From Octopus vulgaris (taxonomy: Eukaryota): a DNA stretch of 64,000 bases. Below are positions 14,120 through 27,177 of the stretch, one piece after another (position 1 is the first letter of the stretch; every line of letters starts with the position of its first letter). The stretch covers positions 868,001 to 932,000 of the forward strand of contig CATOCA020000001.1 in NCBI GenBank assembly GCA_951406725.2, given 5' to 3'. The notes beneath the pieces are model-generated. The model saw only the letters and a program-made list of their open reading frames with translations, had not been told where the DNA came from and did not search any database. The position numbers and the translations under genes were made by a program.

Positions 14120-16230
14120 CTGATCAAGAAGTACCCGGACTATAACAAGAAAACTACAATGCGTATCAATCCGGTATTTCATTTCCTGCGAAGAGTTGTC
14201 CCCTTCTCAAGCCACACGTTTCATCCAACGTCCTTTCCATCTAGAACAAATTCGTGCTGTTTATTTGCCAATTGCTTCCTTTAATTGCTCTCTATCGACA
14301 TACATCAGTTCCGCAGACTACTTGCCTGAAAAGATATTACACGACAAACTCTCAGGAATTGTGTCAATGCTACATCATCCACCAAATCATTTCTGGATTT
14401 CTTTAGTACACTTTCGAAAGTTCTCATAAAGCGTTCAGCTTGTCCGATCAACCTTGGATGATACGGAGGAATAGTCATATGTTCAATTGAGTACATCTTG
14501 CAAAAATTCTTATATTCATTCGCCGTAAATTCTGTACCGTTATCGGAGACGACGGATATACGGAACACCTGACTTAGCAAAACGTTCGTGTAAAAATTCC
14601 ACTTTACCGTGGAGGTCGTTTCTCTACATTTAAACATTTCTGACCATTTTGTAAAGTTATCAACCACTATTAGATAATATGATCGGTTTAACGGTCCTGC
14701 GGAATCTGTGCAACCTGGTCCATGGAATATCGGTCTTGGGCCAAGGTTGAAATTATATGTCTGGTGATTTCGCTGCAAGAGTACACCCTTTGCAGGATTT
14801 TACCAACTTCTCAATATCTAGATACATTTTCGGCCGTAAACATAGCTCCTCATAAGCGTTTTCATCCTAGAAATTCTTGGATATCCAGTGTGGAAATCCT
14901 TTAACATTTGATTTTGTATTCAGACAGACATTACGGCCCTTTGTGCAATACATAATCACCTTATCACATATCGAATGCAGTTTCGAAACTGTGTTACGTC
15001 CAGCCGCATTTTTTCTTGTTTCTTCTGATTTCACTATTTTTTCATTTTCATCATTAACTTGTCCGTCTCTATTTTAATTCTTATTTCTTTCAATGTGACA
15101 GGCAATTCACGCACAACGTTACAAAATATACTTTTTTAATTTCATTCTCGGCTCTTAACACCGCTATCAGTGTTTCTTCTGACCTCGACAAACCATCTGC
15201 ATGTCCCAATTTTTTAGATGGAAAATACTCCATCTTGAAGTCATAATTCAGTAGGATCATTCCCCGCTGCAGCAGTCTGTTGGCTATATGTGTGGGAATA
15301 CACTTTTTTGATCCATAGATTGACAATAATTGGCAGTGGTCCGTCTGCAGACGGAATCGTCTTCCATGTATAAATTCATGGAACTTCTTTACCGCAAATT
15401 TCATGGCTGATGTTTCTTTCTCTATTTGACTCTAAATTTTCTCAGCCGGAAATAAGGAACGCAAAGCATGAGCTACAGCTTTCACGATACCATCTTCATA
15501 TTTGTGGAAAATTACCATTTCTAAATTCGGGTCAAAACGTGATAAAGACAAATCTGACGTTAAGATGCTTTTAATTTGCTTAAAATCTTTTTGGCATTTG
15601 TCCGACCAGTTCCACGTAACAAGTTATTCAGCCGTGCTCTCAAATCATGCATATACGCTATATATACCTGATAGTAATTTGCGAGCCCCACCCCAATGCT
15701 TGTAACGTCCTAATGTTTGTCAGATGAGGTATATTCTATATTGCACTCGCCTTTCACGAGTCTGGTCTACGTCTATTTTTATCTATAATCTGCCCCAGAT
15801 ATTATATTCTTGGCATAACGGATTCACACTTTCCCTCGCTGAGCTTAGACCCATTATCTTTCATCTTTTCGAAGACCTTTTTAACATGCCCAGCATGCTT
15901 ACTCCGAGATTCACATTTTCACATTTTCATGAGTATATCGTCAAGGTAAGCTATATCGAAATCCGAACCTGCGAGAATTGTGTCCATAACGTGTTGGAAA
16001 ATGCCTGGTGCTACGTTTATACCAAACGGAAGAAGTCAATTAAATTTCTACCACACTTTATGGGTATTTATTTTCAATAATTTTGAACATTCCTCATCAA
16101 CTTGTACCTGCAAATATGCTTCAGAGAAGTCCAACTTTGAAAAGATTTCCTCCATTCAACTTCGCGAAATTTCCTCTGGATTTTGCGACGGATAATTACA
16201 AGGCAACAAAAATTCGTTTAAACCTGTTGA
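14120..16230 (-). mobile_element. Ty3/Gypsy LTR-retrotransposon pol fragment (RT-RNaseH-integrase), decayed
   Basis: Integrase LIVVD..K / VSDNGTEF / PPYHP...GQAERF; RNaseH FAVKKFH...GRRFRLQTDH; RT AYLDDI; many stops and frameshifts. Confidence 0.92.
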
Positions 16231-16294
16231 AAAATCAGTGCAAACTCGTCCGTTCTTTTAAAATATTTTTATTATTATTGCCTTTGCACTGTTT

Positions 16295-16585
16295 CTAACG
16301 CTGGAGATGTACTACAGTGTCAGCTGTTCACTACTAGTGAACTAAGGTAACACCTCTTATTTTTCAAGAACCTTCCGGAATATTCGAGCGATTCCAAGCA
16401 GTGCTGTTTTCTGCAAGTGCCCCACCCTTATTGTAGCCTCTATTTGTTCCACGTACTTCTCAACATTTTAACTCACTGTTCTCAGGGCTCCGACAATTAT
16501 TGGTACTACTACCACCATTTTCATTAACCATATCTGCTTAACCTCCCAAGCTAACCTGTCGTATATATCAACTTTTCTTCTCTAG
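16295..16585 (-). mobile_element. 3' fragment of an R4/Dong-like RLE non-LTR retrotransposon
   Basis: Clearly homologous to 36590-36860 (PIIVGAL.T...LQKTALLG.A); flanked by (AAT)/(GAT) repeats. Confidence 0.8.
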
Positions 16586-16598
16586 ATCGATAGAAAAG

Positions 16599-16639
<41 letters not shown>

Positions 16640-16654
16640 TATTTTTATTATTAT

Positions 16655-18990
16655 TCTATGTTTGACTTTTGCTTTACATTTGCACAAGCTGGCTCCAAGT
16701 CTCACCCAGAGACCTCAAGAGACAACAAGTTGGAAGTTCATGTTGGTGTTATGCCTAGGGTGCGATATATTTGGTTTTGTACTTAGTGTTGTACTAGTGA
16801 ATGCCTAAAGAACCATACGAAAATTATGTTTGTTTTAAACCTTGAGATTACGAAGAAAATATTTTGCGTAGGATATGAGCAGTTCCCATGAGCACTATCT
16901 TTTGAATTTCTGCCATTTTTGGGTTTCATGGTATCTAAGATAGGGAGCAAACAGCCCCTTTTGCTACTATTCCCAGGGCACCTATGACAACAGGTATTGT
17001 TTTAGTCTTCAGGTTCCCCATTTTGCTGATTTCTATTTCAAGATCTTTATATTTGCTCAGTTTTTGGTAGGTCTTGACAGATACGTTTATATCGATTGGG
17101 ACAGTCATTTAGTTCACGTAGTTCAGTTGGGTCAATATTATTATTATTATTATTATTGTTTTCATTGTTATCTTTCAATTCTGTTTTAACTTTTTTCGAG
17201 AGTCTTTCTGACACTTATCTCAGAGAAACGCACTGTATACATTGGTAGATCATTGAGATGAACAAAGCAGAATAGTCATTTACAAAGTCACGTGAAAGGG
17301 AAGAAAGAAAGAAAGAGGAAAAGAGAAAAGAGAAAATAAGAAAAGTAAACTGTTGTGGTGAAAGACCTTAACACCCCTGTGTGTTTAAAAGATGGATTCG
17401 TCGGGATGTTTATCGTTGATGACGACAGAGGGCGTTTTGGAGTTTCTGTAAGCAGTAGTAGAAGTTGGTTGTGTGAAGACACTGCCTTATCTCTGCTGCG
17501 TTATATTATTTATCCAAACGTTTAAGGATATGAAAAGAATGGCGAAGTGGTGTTCGAAAGCTGCAAAAGACGTCAAAATTGAAGGAAACATGTTCTTTGT
17601 CTGAAGTCTTCCAATATCATGTCTGGCCTTTTCGCGTCTATCTTTCTGTCGGTTTGAATGGTGAAGTTCCAGAGGAGTGAGATGTGGTCATTTTCAAGCA
17701 CTTGAGGTGGTTTGTGTTCCCTCCAGTTTTTTTCATGGGGCAAATCCAGGTTTTTGCAAATTACCCAGTGAATATATTGTGCAGCTCTATCGTATCTGTT
17801 GAGATACTCTGTAGGCGCTAGAAGACTGCATTTGGAGACAACATGATCAATGGTTCCATTTTGTTGTTGACATACACGACATGTTGGACTACTGCCGTTC
17901 TTTAATATGTTATGTTCCTTGTAGGTAGGCATTGATCTTGAGCTGCTATGATAAACCCTTCTGTTTCAGATTTTAAGCCAGAGGCCATTATCCATTGATG
18001 GGTCAGGGCTTTGTCAATATCTGTATTATTCGCTCTCTTTGGGTATTTGCCATTTAGAGGTTTTTCTTGCCATTCATAATTCTGAATATCTAAGGCCACA
18101 GTTTTAGCACAAGATTTCATGCGCTTAGCTTTTTCTGTGCTTGTTTCTTGTATGTCTATCTCTAATTCCGAATTTTGTGGTATTCGGAATTCACTTAGAT
18201 ATTCCTTTGCCTGTTTTGTTACTGAGTATGATGCTTTCTTGATTACATTTTTTGAGACAAATTTTAACATCCAGTCCTCAGAGTTTTTCAGGTAGGTGTC
18301 TAGGCCAATTGTAGCAACTTCATTGTTATTGCCAGTTGCAAAAGACCACGGCCTCCTCTTTTCCTGGTAGATAAAGTTGATCTATATCTGCCTTAGGGTG
18401 GCGTATTCTATGCATTCTCAACAGTTTTCGTATTTTTCTGTCAAGATTACATATTTCAGTAATTGACCAGTTAATGATATTGAAACTGTAAGTCACGACT
18501 GGTATGGCTAAAGCATTGATCGCTTCGATCCTGTTTCTTGCATTCAGCTTTGTCTTGAGTATTGCTCTTATTCTGCGATAACAGTCTCCCCTGATCCATT
18601 CCTTCATCATTGAATGCCTTATTCCGTTCCCTTCAATTACCCCTAGGTACTTGTAGCTCTCCACTGGGTCTAACATTCTACTGGTCGAGGTAAACATCAG
18701 ATGTTTCTATCATTTTTCCTTTGATAAAAGTATCTTTTGCACATTTATCGAGGCCAAATTGCATTCTGATGTCATCACTGGATTGTTTAACAATCGCTAG
18801 TAAGCCCTTGGGTTGTTGGTCATTTTTTGCAAAGAGCTTTAAATCATCCATGTAAATGAGATGGTTTATATTTTTATCCAACATTTTATATCCGTGCTGT
18901 GCGTCATTGAGCAATATTGAGGGAGGTATTAAGGCTAAACAAAAGAGGAGTGGTGATAGTGAGTCACCCTGGAAAATGCCACACGAAATT
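16655..18990 (-). mobile_element. R4/Dong-like RLE non-LTR retrotransposon (second subfamily), interrupted at about 17110-17572
   Basis: RT motifs GIFQGDSLSPLLFC and HLIYMDDLKL; CCHC CRVC....TIDHVVSKC; RLE motif KRPD...; PVVIGALG C-terminus. Confidence 0.88.
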
Positions 18991-19930
18991 CTCTTGGATA
19001 ACTGGGAAGTGGACGCTCCTATATAGAAGAAGGCATCGGTACCGGTTGTAGTACAATTAATAACTTCCCAGTTATCCGAGAGAAGTTCAAACCACTATTC
19101 AACATTTAGGGATAGTAAAAAACGACATACTACAGGGCTAAGTAAATTAGTTTGGCGTCTTAAAGACAACAATATAATTTTCAAGTTAGATTGGTTCATA
19201 CTGACTGTATCCTTTCCTTTTGATAAGGGCAGGAGATTTTGTAACATTTGCAATTCTGAACTCTCCCATATTCGCTTCTCTAAGGTTCCCCTAGTAAACA
19301 CACTCATAGAAAAATCATACAAATGTAAACACAGGCAGAAACACACTTTATACTCATGTAAATGATAACGATAGTCACTGTGGTTTGAACAATTAGCTTT
19401 ACGTCCACCCCACTTCTATAGAGAAATTCTTTCCTAAGCCTTCGAACATTCTTTCAATCAACGTACCCTTCCCTCTCCACTTGTTCCCTACCTATTATAC
19501 CTTTATCCCTTCTCTTCCTACTATCTATCTTTGACGTCAATGCTTTTAACGGTTTTTTAAAAAAAACACTCATTATCGCTTTGTTTACCATGTAGGCAAT
19601 CATCGAAATTTTTGTTTGTCTTGTTGTCGAGAGAGGCTCCCTTTCTTTCCTGATGAGAAGATTGCATAATGCACCCATTATTCCTTTGGAATGAAAACAT
19701 GCTGTCTTCGAAACATATGTCGAGAGTAAAGGAATTTTGTTAACATCTTCGTTCGACTCCATTCTTTCATTTATTCCTATACAACACACAAATTTCTGTA
19801 CATGAACCCGGAGTTTCTACCCTTGGACAGGTCGCTTCAACCGTGTTTCTGACGTGAATTTGCTACCCAGGTTTCGGTTAAACGAATTTTCCATGCTGAC
19901 GATAAACATAGGATAATTCATTCACCTACT

Positions 19931-19933
<3 letters not shown>
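18991..19933 (+). mobile_element. Penelope-like 3' fragment (GIY-YIG C-terminus plus hammerhead-bearing 3' region)
   Basis: Frame at about 19080-19345 reads TTGLSKLVWRLKDNNIIFKLDWFIL...FCNICNSE...KCKH, homologous to the C-terminus of ORF 58216-58653; ends at (TA)n. Confidence 0.8.
19645..19726 (+). ncRNA. Type I hammerhead ribozyme, intact core
   Basis: Stem I CTTTC/GAGAG, CTGATGA, stem II GAAGA/TCTTC, GAAA, palindromic stem III ACATATGT, GTC cleavage triplet (after 19721). Confidence 0.8.
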
Positions 19934-19982
<49 letters not shown>

Positions 19983-19986
19983 TATT

Positions 19987-20058
<72 letters not shown>

Positions 20059-20132
20059 TATGTATATATGTATATATATATACATATACATATATATACA
20101 TAAATATATATGTATATATATATATGTATATA

Positions 20133-20224
<92 letters not shown>

Positions 20225-20272
20225 TTAAAATTCCTAAGTCTCTATAATAGAGATTGCAGAAGCGTTTACTGG

Positions 20273-20535
20273 AAATTAATTGTTATCGCCATATTAATAT
20301 GTCATTCTTATAGAAATAAGAATAATCGCTGCTGCTGGTCAGCTCCATGAGGCCACCGCCATCACGATAGCTATTGATACACGACTGTATCCATTATAAC
20401 CTTGTTCGAAGGTTATAATGGATACAGTCGTGTATCAATAGCTATCGTGATGGCGGTGGCCTCATGGAGCTGACCAGCAGCAGCGATTATTCTTATTTCT
20501 ATAAGAATGACATATTAATATGGCGATAACAATTA

Positions 20536-20539
<4 letters not shown>
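20273..20539. repeat. Perfect inverted repeat, 131-bp arms, 5-nt loop
   Basis: 20273-20403 is the reverse complement of 20409-20539 with no mismatch seen. Confidence 0.95.
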
Positions 20540-20603
<64 letters not shown>

Positions 20604-20605
<2 letters not shown>

Positions 20606-20810
20606 TTAATCCAAACAAGAAAACACAAAAAAACACAGCAACGCGAGGACGTGGAACAAATAAAGTATTATTGGACGCTCAGGAAGAAGGGAAGAAGGAG
20701 AGCTTAACGTTTCGAGCGGAGCTCTTCGTCGGAAACAAAGGAGAAGGAAAGATCCCGAGAAGGGAAGACAGAGGAAAAACAATGCTGGCGGTGCTCACGA
20801 GGTCACACAT
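20604..20810 (-). mobile_element. Solo Penelope-type terminal repeat with a hammerhead-variant motif
   Basis: Minus strand reads CCGACGA-AGAGC-TCC-GCTC-GAAAC-GTTAA; homologous to 31860-32057; ends in (TA)n. Confidence 0.65.
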
Positions 20811-20971
20811 ATATACATACAGTTTAGCGCATTCATAGGCTAACAAAACCACCCAAAAAAAGGCCCGGGTAGCATAGGCTTTAATTATTATTTGTATATA
20901 CATTTAAATAATTGTTATTTCAACTGAAGTTGCTTTTCGAACCAACCAACCAACGTCGTAGGGTGAGGTAT

Positions 20972-21057
<86 letters not shown>

Positions 21058-21651
21058 TAGTGTCTCTCCCCTACTACCGCTTGACAACCTGGTGTCGGGG
21101 TATTTACCAATTTCGTGGATCGGCGGAAGATACCGATAAAATAAGTACGAGGCTAAGCAAAAATAAAATAAAAAATAAGAAGTACTGGGGTCGATTCGGT
21201 CGACTAAAGTTTCTTCCAAGGCAGTGCCCCAACATGGCCACAGTGTAATGAGTGAAGTAAGATAAAAATTGTACGAATTAAGATTTGGAGGTTAAGGGAG
21301 GTAACTCTAAGTAATTTGCCTTATAAAAGCGAGGAAGAAGTGCGATGCGATAGAGTGATATATAATGAAGAGGCAAGGGGAGTAAGGAAGAAAGAGAAGA
21401 TGGAGTGAGAGTGGGAGGTAGAGAAGATGGAAAGAGAAGATGGAGTGAGAGTGGGAGGTAGAGAGGAAATACGAAAGCTAGAATGATTCTGTAATATACA
21501 ACAAGGTTAGAGAGAGGGGGAGAGGCGAGAGGGGCTGAGAGTGGGATAGAAAGAGAGAGAGAGAGAGAGGGGAGAAAGAGAGAGAGATAGAGACAGCATG
21601 AGAGAGAAGAGAGAGAGATAGAGATTAATACGATGGAATGAATGTGTATAC

Positions 21652-21980
21652 AGGTGTGGCTGTGAGATAAAAGAAGTGTGTTTTCCAACCACATGGTTCC
21701 GGGTTCAATCCGACTGCACGGTAATATTGTAAAGTTTCCTTTACTATACGGTTGGACCGACCAAAGCCTTGTGAACGGATTTGGTAGATGGAAACTGAAA
21801 GAAGCCCGAAGTATGTATAAGTATAAATCAACCGGTGTTGATGTATTTACGTCTCCGTTTGTTAGCGGTGCGGCAAAAGGGATCGATTGGTTTATAAAAT
21901 GTTGTCCTTGGATGGTTTTGTTCTATTAAAACCCTTCAGCATGGCCGCAGTCAGACAACTGAAATCAGTAAAAGAATACC
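21652..21980 (+). mobile_element. SINE family 2, diverged
   Basis: Head, body and tail similarity to 6589-6985. Confidence 0.75.
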
Positions 21981-24105
21981 AGGCTATACAGATGTGTGTG
22001 TGTGCCTCTGTCTGTCTGTATGTCTATCTCTGTCTGTGTGTATGTGTGTGTGCGTGTGCATATGTATGTATGTAAATAATGTGTTGGTAACAATTTTTTC
22101 ATAGACGTTTCTTAAAATGTCTTTCACTTTTCTATTTAAAAATATATCACGGTGCTTCGTTTCTATCTCTAGTCTATCTCATAGTCCCAGACCATATAAT
22201 GGACAATACTTGATAAATGCTTCGTAAACTGTCCTTCAATTTTTTATATGAAAAACTACAGAGACATGAAGGATATTGGTTGCTGCTTCTAGCTTTGTCA
22301 TACCACCATTATGTCTATTTCTTTTCTAAGTATGCCGTAAGTATCCTTCGCTTTGGAAAATGTAAATCAAAGTAAATTTGATGGTTCCCGTATTCTGTTT
22401 CGATATTCAAGAAAGGCAATAAATATAAAAAACAGGAATTTTTCTTACAAGTGTCCTTCAATTTGGTATGAAATACAAGACAAGTTTGTGAACGACTCAC
22501 TGTTATTTTTAGCATCATATGAACTCAGGTACAAGACAACTATTCTTGGAGATGTTTCTTAACCTGTCCCTGTATACCAAGATTATTTAATAATTTAGAT
22601 TAATAACTCCATAACAATTATATAATTAATAAATAGATGCAGATTTATCTTTGTGGTTCAGATGTTTGATAGCTCCGGATTTCCCAATGCCCTGAAATGG
22701 AAATGATAGAAGGAAACTATGTGTGTGTATGTGTGAGTGTGTGTGTGAGTGAAAGTGTGTGTGTGTGTGTGTGTGTGAGTGTGTGTGTACGTTTGTTTGC
22801 GTTTGTATTTGTATTTGTACGTGTGTGACTTTGTACCGTTTCCTTCATTGCCACATGAGCATTGCGCTTGTTTTGCTTCCGTGCCAGGACCTAGCAGTTT
22901 GACAATAGACACCGAACCAATAAGTACAACACTTACAAAATAAAGTGTCACGCTACGTACATTCGAGCAAAACTGTTCAAGACGTTGCCCCAGCATGGTC
23001 GCAGAACACTCATTGGAACAAATAAAGTTGAAAAATAATGAACGAAAAAATAAATTTATAAACAGGCGTGGCTGTGTGGTAAGGAGCTTCAGTCTCAAGC
23101 ACATGGTTCTAGGTTCAATCCAACTGCATCACAACTAGAGCAACTATTTTCTATTATAACCTTAGGCCGACTAAAGTCTGGTAAGTGGATTTGGTAGATA
23201 GAAACTGAAAGAAGCCCATCAGGGGATATGTATATATCCCCTCATGACTATATTTCATTGTTGTTTCAGTTTTGTTCCCTTTTTGAATCTCATTCATGTA
23301 CTGCTTTGCAGTAGTAGACAGAGCATATAGATAGGTGTTAATCTGCCAGAATGAGGGTTCATTACACTGCTGTAAATATACATCCCCAATTTCGTTAAAA
23401 GCTTTTAGTATTATATCTGGTGGGGTTTTTGTTTTACTTTGGTAGAGAATACTCTCTTCCCGAGAGAGCACTTCAAAGCGGGAGTTGTTTTTTTCGGGTT
23501 TTTGTTTCACTTTTGTAGCAGTTAAATAGATCAGTATTCAATCCATAACTTCAAGTGTAATGATTTTGTAATTACAGTTTCTTCTATAACTACAGTTAGA
23601 AAGAGCTGAACAGGGATGAAGATAATGGCTAGCTTGCAAAAAGTTGATTAGCACCACCAAAAAGGGTGAATAGTAACATAACCTAGTTCTTCTGAACTAT
23701 ACCTACCCCTTGTTCAGTGAGGTCAACATCAACCTCTAGCTATTATTAGAACAGAATCTAAGACATACGTGCTACAATTCAGTTGGAATGAACTCTCCAT
23801 CCGTTAGGATGGAAAATATAACAGTCAATGTTTGCCCTGATAGCAGTAAGCTTTGTCCCTGATGAAGGCTTTTGCTTTTCTCAAATTCATAAAGCAATTT
23901 AATTGCATAAATATGCATTTAAGTAATAAACCAAAAGGCGCGTACGCAACATGAATTGACTTTTATAATAAATATATTGATTATTCTATCTATGCTTTTC
24001 CATTTTCTTCAAGTTTTTATATTTTACATTTTTATATTTTTATATTTATATGTATATGGAAAAATAATTTTTTCATAATTTTTTCACGATTATAACAAAT
24101 TAAAT

Positions 24106-24215
24106 TCTCTGAAGAGGCCGTGGGGCATCCTTGTTAATGCCTCATTTATACCTGCCTTTATGGCTTATAGGTTAAATGAGGTATGACTGCCCTTACTGCC
24201 GAAACAGCTGTCAGA
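24106..24215 (+). ncRNA. Type I hammerhead ribozyme with long structured stem II
   Basis: TCT-CTGAAGA-GGC...GCC-GAAA-CAGCTG-TC-AGA; palindromic stem III ACAGCTGT; GTC triplet (after 24212). Confidence 0.75.
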
Positions 24216-24401
24216 TATGATATAATTACATATTATATTTTATATTTTATATTTCTATTTCCTTGTCTATTTATATTTACTATATATGTTGTATAATGCC
24301 TTTACTGATATGTAATGGTGTAATAAAGTATTGATTGGGTATCATCTGATGGTTGATGTTTTATTGATTTAAGTATGTTTCTCCATTTTCTAATTTTGTA
24401 G

Positions 24402-24473
<72 letters not shown>

Positions 24474-24880
24474 TTGCTTCTCTTTTGTTACCAATGCATT
24501 TAAATCCTAAGAGCGAATCATTTTCAAACTTTGCATGAAAGGTCCTCGGATTCAGTTATAAGTTCTCCTCAAATTTGGACCTATTTTTGTTTAAGGCACG
24601 GAAAATAATCCTGATTTAACGAAAATTTGTCGGACGTCAGCGATAGGTAGCCCGTTAAGTTGGAATTTCTTCGTTTTGACGGATTTTTCAGGGTCCTTTT
24701 TATTCACGGTGCCCTTGGAAATAATGTGGAGAATCTTTTTAACAAGAAACAAAATTAAATATCTCCCCCTCCACTCCCAATCTTCCCCTCCGAGCCTATT
24801 TTAGTCGATTTTGTGGGCACTATGCACAATGAGTTTTGGAGGTATTACGCATTTGAAAACTATAGGAAAAGCCTTTTCGG

Positions 24881-24930
<50 letters not shown>

Positions 24931-25030
24931 ATGTATGTATGTATGTATGTATGTATATGTATATATATAGATATACATGCATTCATATATATATATATAT
25001 GTATATATATATAGATATACATACATACAT

Positions 25031-25087
<57 letters not shown>

Positions 25088-25089
25088 GA

Positions 25090-25900
25090 GTGAGCGTTAA
25101 TTGACTTAATGTGAAGCAGTGCCTGGATTCGGCGGCGCCCTAAGCACCACTTGAGAGTCTATCGGACGTACTCTTGCCTTTATTTGGCGATTCGCTCGAG
25201 TCGTTCACTCTGACAAAACTTCGAGTCAGCGGCGGAATACTCATTACTTAAAAGACACAAGAACACACAAACTAGTACTCGATCTGGCGTCTGTGGTGAA
25301 GACACAAATCCTTAGGCTTGTACACAATGAGGTCGCGAGACAGAGCATAGGCGGCTATTGCAGCAACAGAAATCACTTAACGTATAACACGATCAAACAC
25401 TTGGGATCGATCGATTCTTAGAGGCTATGGTGTATGTTCGATTTGGCGGCACAATGCGTAGCACGTAAAATGTATCGGATTTACTACGGCCATTTATCGA
25501 AACATCGATCGACTCGTTCACTCTTATGCCTCGAGACATTGTACAGGGTCGATGCGGCAGCAGTAGGTTTCCTTGGTGCATAACAGATGGACATACGCAC
25601 TCACATTGGACCAAGCGCATATTCTCGAAATGACTACGGCGAAGCTTCGATTGGGAGGCACAATACACAGCATTAAAAATGTAACACTTCTCAGATATCC
25701 TGCCCGGTCGTGACATCCAACAGTTCCGATTGGATCAAACCTCCTGTACCACCTGAGATTCCCACCTATTTGCCTGGACTTAGTGGACATACTGAATGTA
25801 TGCGGTCTCTCCCGGCCGGATCAGCAGAAGATTGAATTTAGTAACGATTTCCTCGTTCGTCTCGGCGAGGTTTGTGGCCCTCGCTATCGCTCGTACGAGA
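25090..25900 (-). pseudogene. Probable heavily decayed non-LTR (RTE-like) reverse-transcriptase fragment
   Basis: ES...NGRSKSDTFYVLRIV resembles the RT motif QxGFRxGRSTxDxIFxLR; GC/CpG-rich island; weak. Confidence 0.35.
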
Positions 25901-25929
25901 GCATCATAACTTAACAGAAAAAGCAAACT

Positions 25930-26628
25930 TAAAAGTGCGCATTTCCACTTGCAGTTCTCTGCCCAGGAGAAAGAAATGGTCCATTTGTGAAAAGAATGTT
26001 GACGTGTGATGAGAAATGGGTTATTTTTAATACCATAAAAGAAAAACGTCCTGGGAAAAACGAGATGAACCACCTTCAATTTTTCCAAAACCTAGTCTGT
26101 ATCCGAAGAAGGTGATGCTCTGTATCTGGTGAGATTGGAAGGGTATTTTATATTACGAGCTACGTTCACAAAATCAGACGTTACTTTCAGACTACTATTG
26201 TTCCAGATTAGACTGATAAAAGGAGGCAATTGATGAAAAACGTCCGGAATTGTCCAACCGAAAAGGTATCGTCTTACATCCGGACAACGCTAGACCGCAC
26301 GTTTCTTTGCAGACCAGGCAGAAACTGACACAGCTTGGATGGAATGTCCAACCCTACCCACCATACTCACCTGAGCTTGCAATTTCTGATTATCATTTAT
26401 TCTGATCCTTGCTGGGAAGAAGTTCAGTTCTATAAAATCTTACATCGATTCAACAGCCAGAAGGATACCAAGTTCTGGGAGGAAGGGATCATGAAGCTGC
26501 CTCAGAGATGGAGAAATGTAGTGGAGTAAAATAGAAAATATGTAGTTGAGTAAAGGTATGTACAGCTACCTGATTATTGTAAATGAATTTTACTTAAAAA
26601 CGCTACGCACTATTTTTACTAACCCAGT
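25930..26628 (+). mobile_element. Mariner (DD34D) transposon 3' half, decayed
   Basis: TCDEKW, PKKVMLCIW, LHPDNARPH, YSPELAISDYHLF motifs with stops; right TIR-like end ...CTAACCCAG-TA. Confidence 0.9.
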
Positions 26629-27171
26629 ATATGTATATAAAGGTGCATGGGCCATTGGTTCGGTGCGTTGTATCCACGAGAAAGACACTTTCAGTGCACT
26701 CATCTGAAAAGGAGTACCAGCAACAACCAAGGGTTAATCTTACGACAAACAGGCATCTCGTTCAGTGGGGAGACTTGTATCCTCGGATGTTTAAAATACG
26801 TTGGATACCGAGATATTGCAGCCTAACTAGTCTAACTTCAATGTAGACATTTTGGCATGTGCAGTCACGTGTTGTTGTGACATTTGTGCAGTGAAAGTAG
26901 ACATGAATGTGTAAAAGACAGATGGAATATAATTGTTTGTGAAACATTCATTGCTAGAACAACGACAGTTGAAAGACCTAATAATGTTAATTAGATAAAC
27001 GATTATAAATCTTATCAGTTGGATATATCTTGCAGGTTTTCAACTTTTTAGTGGCATGTTTAAAATAAGAGATGAAATCACTGCCCCTCCAGGCCGTATT
27101 TGAACTTAGACTACAGTATTACATTATTTCATCTAAAAAAACAAAAGCAAGCAATAAGTCAGATTTAATCC

Positions 27172-27177
27172 TTTATT
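27172..27177 (-). promoter_or_regulatory. Candidate polyadenylation signal of the aGPCR
   Basis: AATAAA on the minus strand followed about 20 nt later by a T/GT-rich tract; about 650 nt past the stop. Another AATAAA lies at 27710-27715. Confidence 0.4.
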
